A DNA stretch of 63,490 bases, counting the filler, from Octopus bimaculoides (lineage: Eukaryota): NCBI RefSeq assembly GCF_001194135.2. It is 5 parts of 5 records of this genome, joined end to end, with 100 filler letters (N's around TTAATTAATTAA, not from the genome) between each part and the next. Parts side by side here need not be neighbours in the genome. Positions count along the whole stretch, not along the records: positions 61,741 to 63,490 come from NW_026323107.1; 4 more parts are not named here. The stretch is one strand, 5' to 3'. Below are positions 61,641-63,490 of this stretch, in pieces. Under the pieces are notes generated by a model, which ran no database searches, had not been told where the DNA came from, and worked only from the letters and a program-made list of their open reading frames with translations. A program made the translations under genes and the position numbers. The stretch's first letter is position 1. Each line of letters opens with the position of its first letter.

Positions 61641-61740
61641 NNNNNNNNNNNNNNNNNNNNNNNNNNNNNNNNNNNNNNNNNNNNTTAATTAATTAANNNN
61701 NNNNNNNNNNNNNNNNNNNNNNNNNNNNNNNNNNNNNNNN
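61641..61740. other. Artificial scaffold-join gap with six-frame-stop linker
   Basis: 44 N + TTAATTAATTAA + 44 N. Confidence 0.95.
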
Positions 61741-61742
61741 AT

Positions 61743-62815
61743 CGTACACAGGCTGTCGAAACCGGTAAAATTGAAATGGTGACGGAAGAAATCGAGGATT
61801 GCCTGGGTGAAATTGTCAATGAAGCCACGTACATCAACAGAGGAAGAAGGTTCGGTACGGTTGAGGTGAGCTTCGCCACTATAGAAGAGGCAACCAAGCA
61901 TGCAACCAACATATTAAGAAGTGAGAAAATAGCATTGCTACCAAGCTATAGAGGAAGAAGTGTAAAAATACGAATTCCCAGAGTTACACCAGAAATTAAA
62001 CCAGAGTGGTTGGTTGCAACAGTGCTGGCTGCAACCAAAGAGGAGCCGCAATTGGGACCATTGGCGAAAACAAAAGTGTGCAAATGGTGGGGATTTGGAC
62101 TCGAAATGTGGCTTTTTGCCACATTCAAGGACATAGAAAGAATTCCCTACCAGATAGAAGTGGAGGACGAGAAAACGTTAAATGTCGTAGTCGAGGGAAG
62201 AAAACCAAATTGTTATATATGCGGGGAAAGAGGTCATATGAAGACTAAATGCCCCCTGTATGAGTTCACACAGCCACAGCAAGAGAAAGCACAAGCGGAG
62301 GAGGAAAAATTGTAGACCACACTGAGGAAATAAGAGAGACAGAAGTGTGAAACAGAGAAAACAAAGAAGAACGAAAATGGAGCTACTAGCCCTAAAAAGC
62401 GAAGGAAAAATAAGTCAAAGGAACGGTCAACAGAAAACAAAAAAGAGATAAAAAAGCCAGAAACTAATAATGTACTAGAGGAGGAGGAGAGAACGGAGAA
62501 AGATGTGAAATACACGGGGCTTTTGGTAAAGTACGAGAATTGCGAGCAGATGGAGAGAAAAGTCGAGAGGTTAAAAGAAATAATAAGAGTGAAAATGCCA
62601 GAGAAATGTGCTGAAAAATGCATTTTGATACGTGAGGAAAGATGCTTCTAGTGCATAAAAGAACTTGGTGACTATATAATAACGAAACGGATATGGTTGG
62701 TGGAGACACCACCCCCTAGAACTGATTATTTGCAGTTGTTAAAGACGGACGTAACAATGATTAATGGAAGAAAAATAACGCGAGTATTTCAATTTTTTGA
62801 GTTGCAAAACCGTTA
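61743..62815 (+). pseudogene. Tx1/L1-clade LINE ORF1-like protein (RRM-like region plus CCHC zinc knuckle), disrupted
   Basis: Open from the gap edge to 62315; GTVEVSFATIEEA; VVVEGRKPN-CYICGERGHMKTKC (CX2CX4HX4C at 62211-62252). The same frame continues through a K/E-rich region with 3 internal stops to 62815. Confidence 0.75.
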
Positions 62816-63035
62816 AAATGTTTACATGACGTTGAACGTAAAAGTGAAAAACTGGATAAATGTAACCACCCGACTTCGGGGATCGAGTAGACATTGCGCC
62901 TCATCTTTTTTCATTCTTGCATATTATCATTTTATTTTAATTACCCCGACTTTATGTTTGCGTTTTGTACTGTCTTTATGTTTTGTGATGTCTTAAAAGA
63001 TTTTTTGTATAGCCCTTTATGGATAATAAAGAAAT
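62816..63035 (+). mobile_element. Putative 3' UTR and terminus of the Tx1-like element
   Basis: T-rich tract, then gccctttatggatAATAAAgaaat, with an abrupt junction into a SINE. Confidence 0.55.
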
Positions 63036-63190
63036 CGGTATTTCTTCTGCCGCTACGTTCTGAGTTCAAATTCTGTCGAGGTCGACTTCGCCTTTCATCC
63101 TTTCGGGGTCGATAAATTAAGTACCAGTTGCGTACTGGGATCGATGTAATCGACTAGTTCCCTCCCCACAAACATCAGGTCTTGTGCCTT
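63036..63190 (+). mobile_element. SINE family A lacking its first ~45 nt
   Basis: cggtatttcttctgccgctacgttctgagttcaaattctgtcgaggtcgacttcgcctttcatcctttcggggtcgataaattaagtaccag. Confidence 0.9.
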
Positions 63191-63249
63191 TTATAGGAAG
63201 GACTGAGATCGCAACATTCCCTTAAATGGAACACCGATCCCTTACTGGG

Positions 63250-63413
63250 TCCTAGGCCAGCAATCTTATGTCGACTCCAGTGCTTGACTCGTACTTTATT
63301 CCATAGACCCTGAAGGGATGAATGGCAAAGTTGATCTGAGCGGGATTTGAACTCCGAACCTAAAAGTCGGAAGAGATCCTGCTGAGCAGTTTTATCCGGC
63401 GTGATAACGATTC
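63250..63413 (-). mobile_element. SINE family A
   Basis: Reverse complement agaatcgttatcacgccgg...gttcggagttcaaatcccgctcagatcaactttgccattcatcccttcagggtc. Confidence 0.8.
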
Positions 63414-63490
63414 TTATTTCTTTATTGCCCTCAGGGGGCGAAACATAGAAGGAACAAACAAGGACACACAAAGGGATTAAGTTGATTACA
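63414..63490 (-). mobile_element. 3' tail of a SINE (continues beyond the window)
   Basis: Reverse complement tgtaatcaacttaatccctttgtgtgtccttgtttgttcc...gccccctgagggcAATAAAgaaata; the tgtaatc.act motif is shared with family A. Confidence 0.7.

Overview
AT-rich, microsatellite-saturated animal genomic DNA with many N gaps, four of them 100-bp scaffold joins carrying a TTAATTAATTAA six-frame-stop linker. The repeat families resemble those I know from Octopus/coleoid cephalopods (inference, not verified). I found no confidently identifiable intact host gene, rRNA, tRNA gene or CRISPR array, and most ORFs in the supplied track are microsatellite or gap artefacts. The window is a transposable-element graveyard. 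It holds R4/Dong-like RLE retrotransposon fragments abutting (TAA)n tracts; RTE and CR1/L2-type LINE remnants; a Penelope-like RT/endonuclease remnant between inverted repeats; an ORF1-only Tx1/L1-like element; a near full-length mariner; DD37D (maT) elements; Helitron Rep-helicase remnants and a non-autonomous Helitron with both termini; Tigger- and hAT-like MITEs; and many tRNA-derived SINEs of at least five families. The most notable signal is a set of hammerhead-ribozyme (HHR) motifs. One has a fully intact type I catalytic core (57321-57384). Another belongs to a tRNA-headed SINE carrying a minimal HHR that has inserted, inverted, into another copy of itself with an 8-bp TSD (20541-21045). 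Two further degenerate minimal-HHR families are present. A speculative 2-3 exon single-pass membrane protein model lies on the minus strand at 32312-29993.
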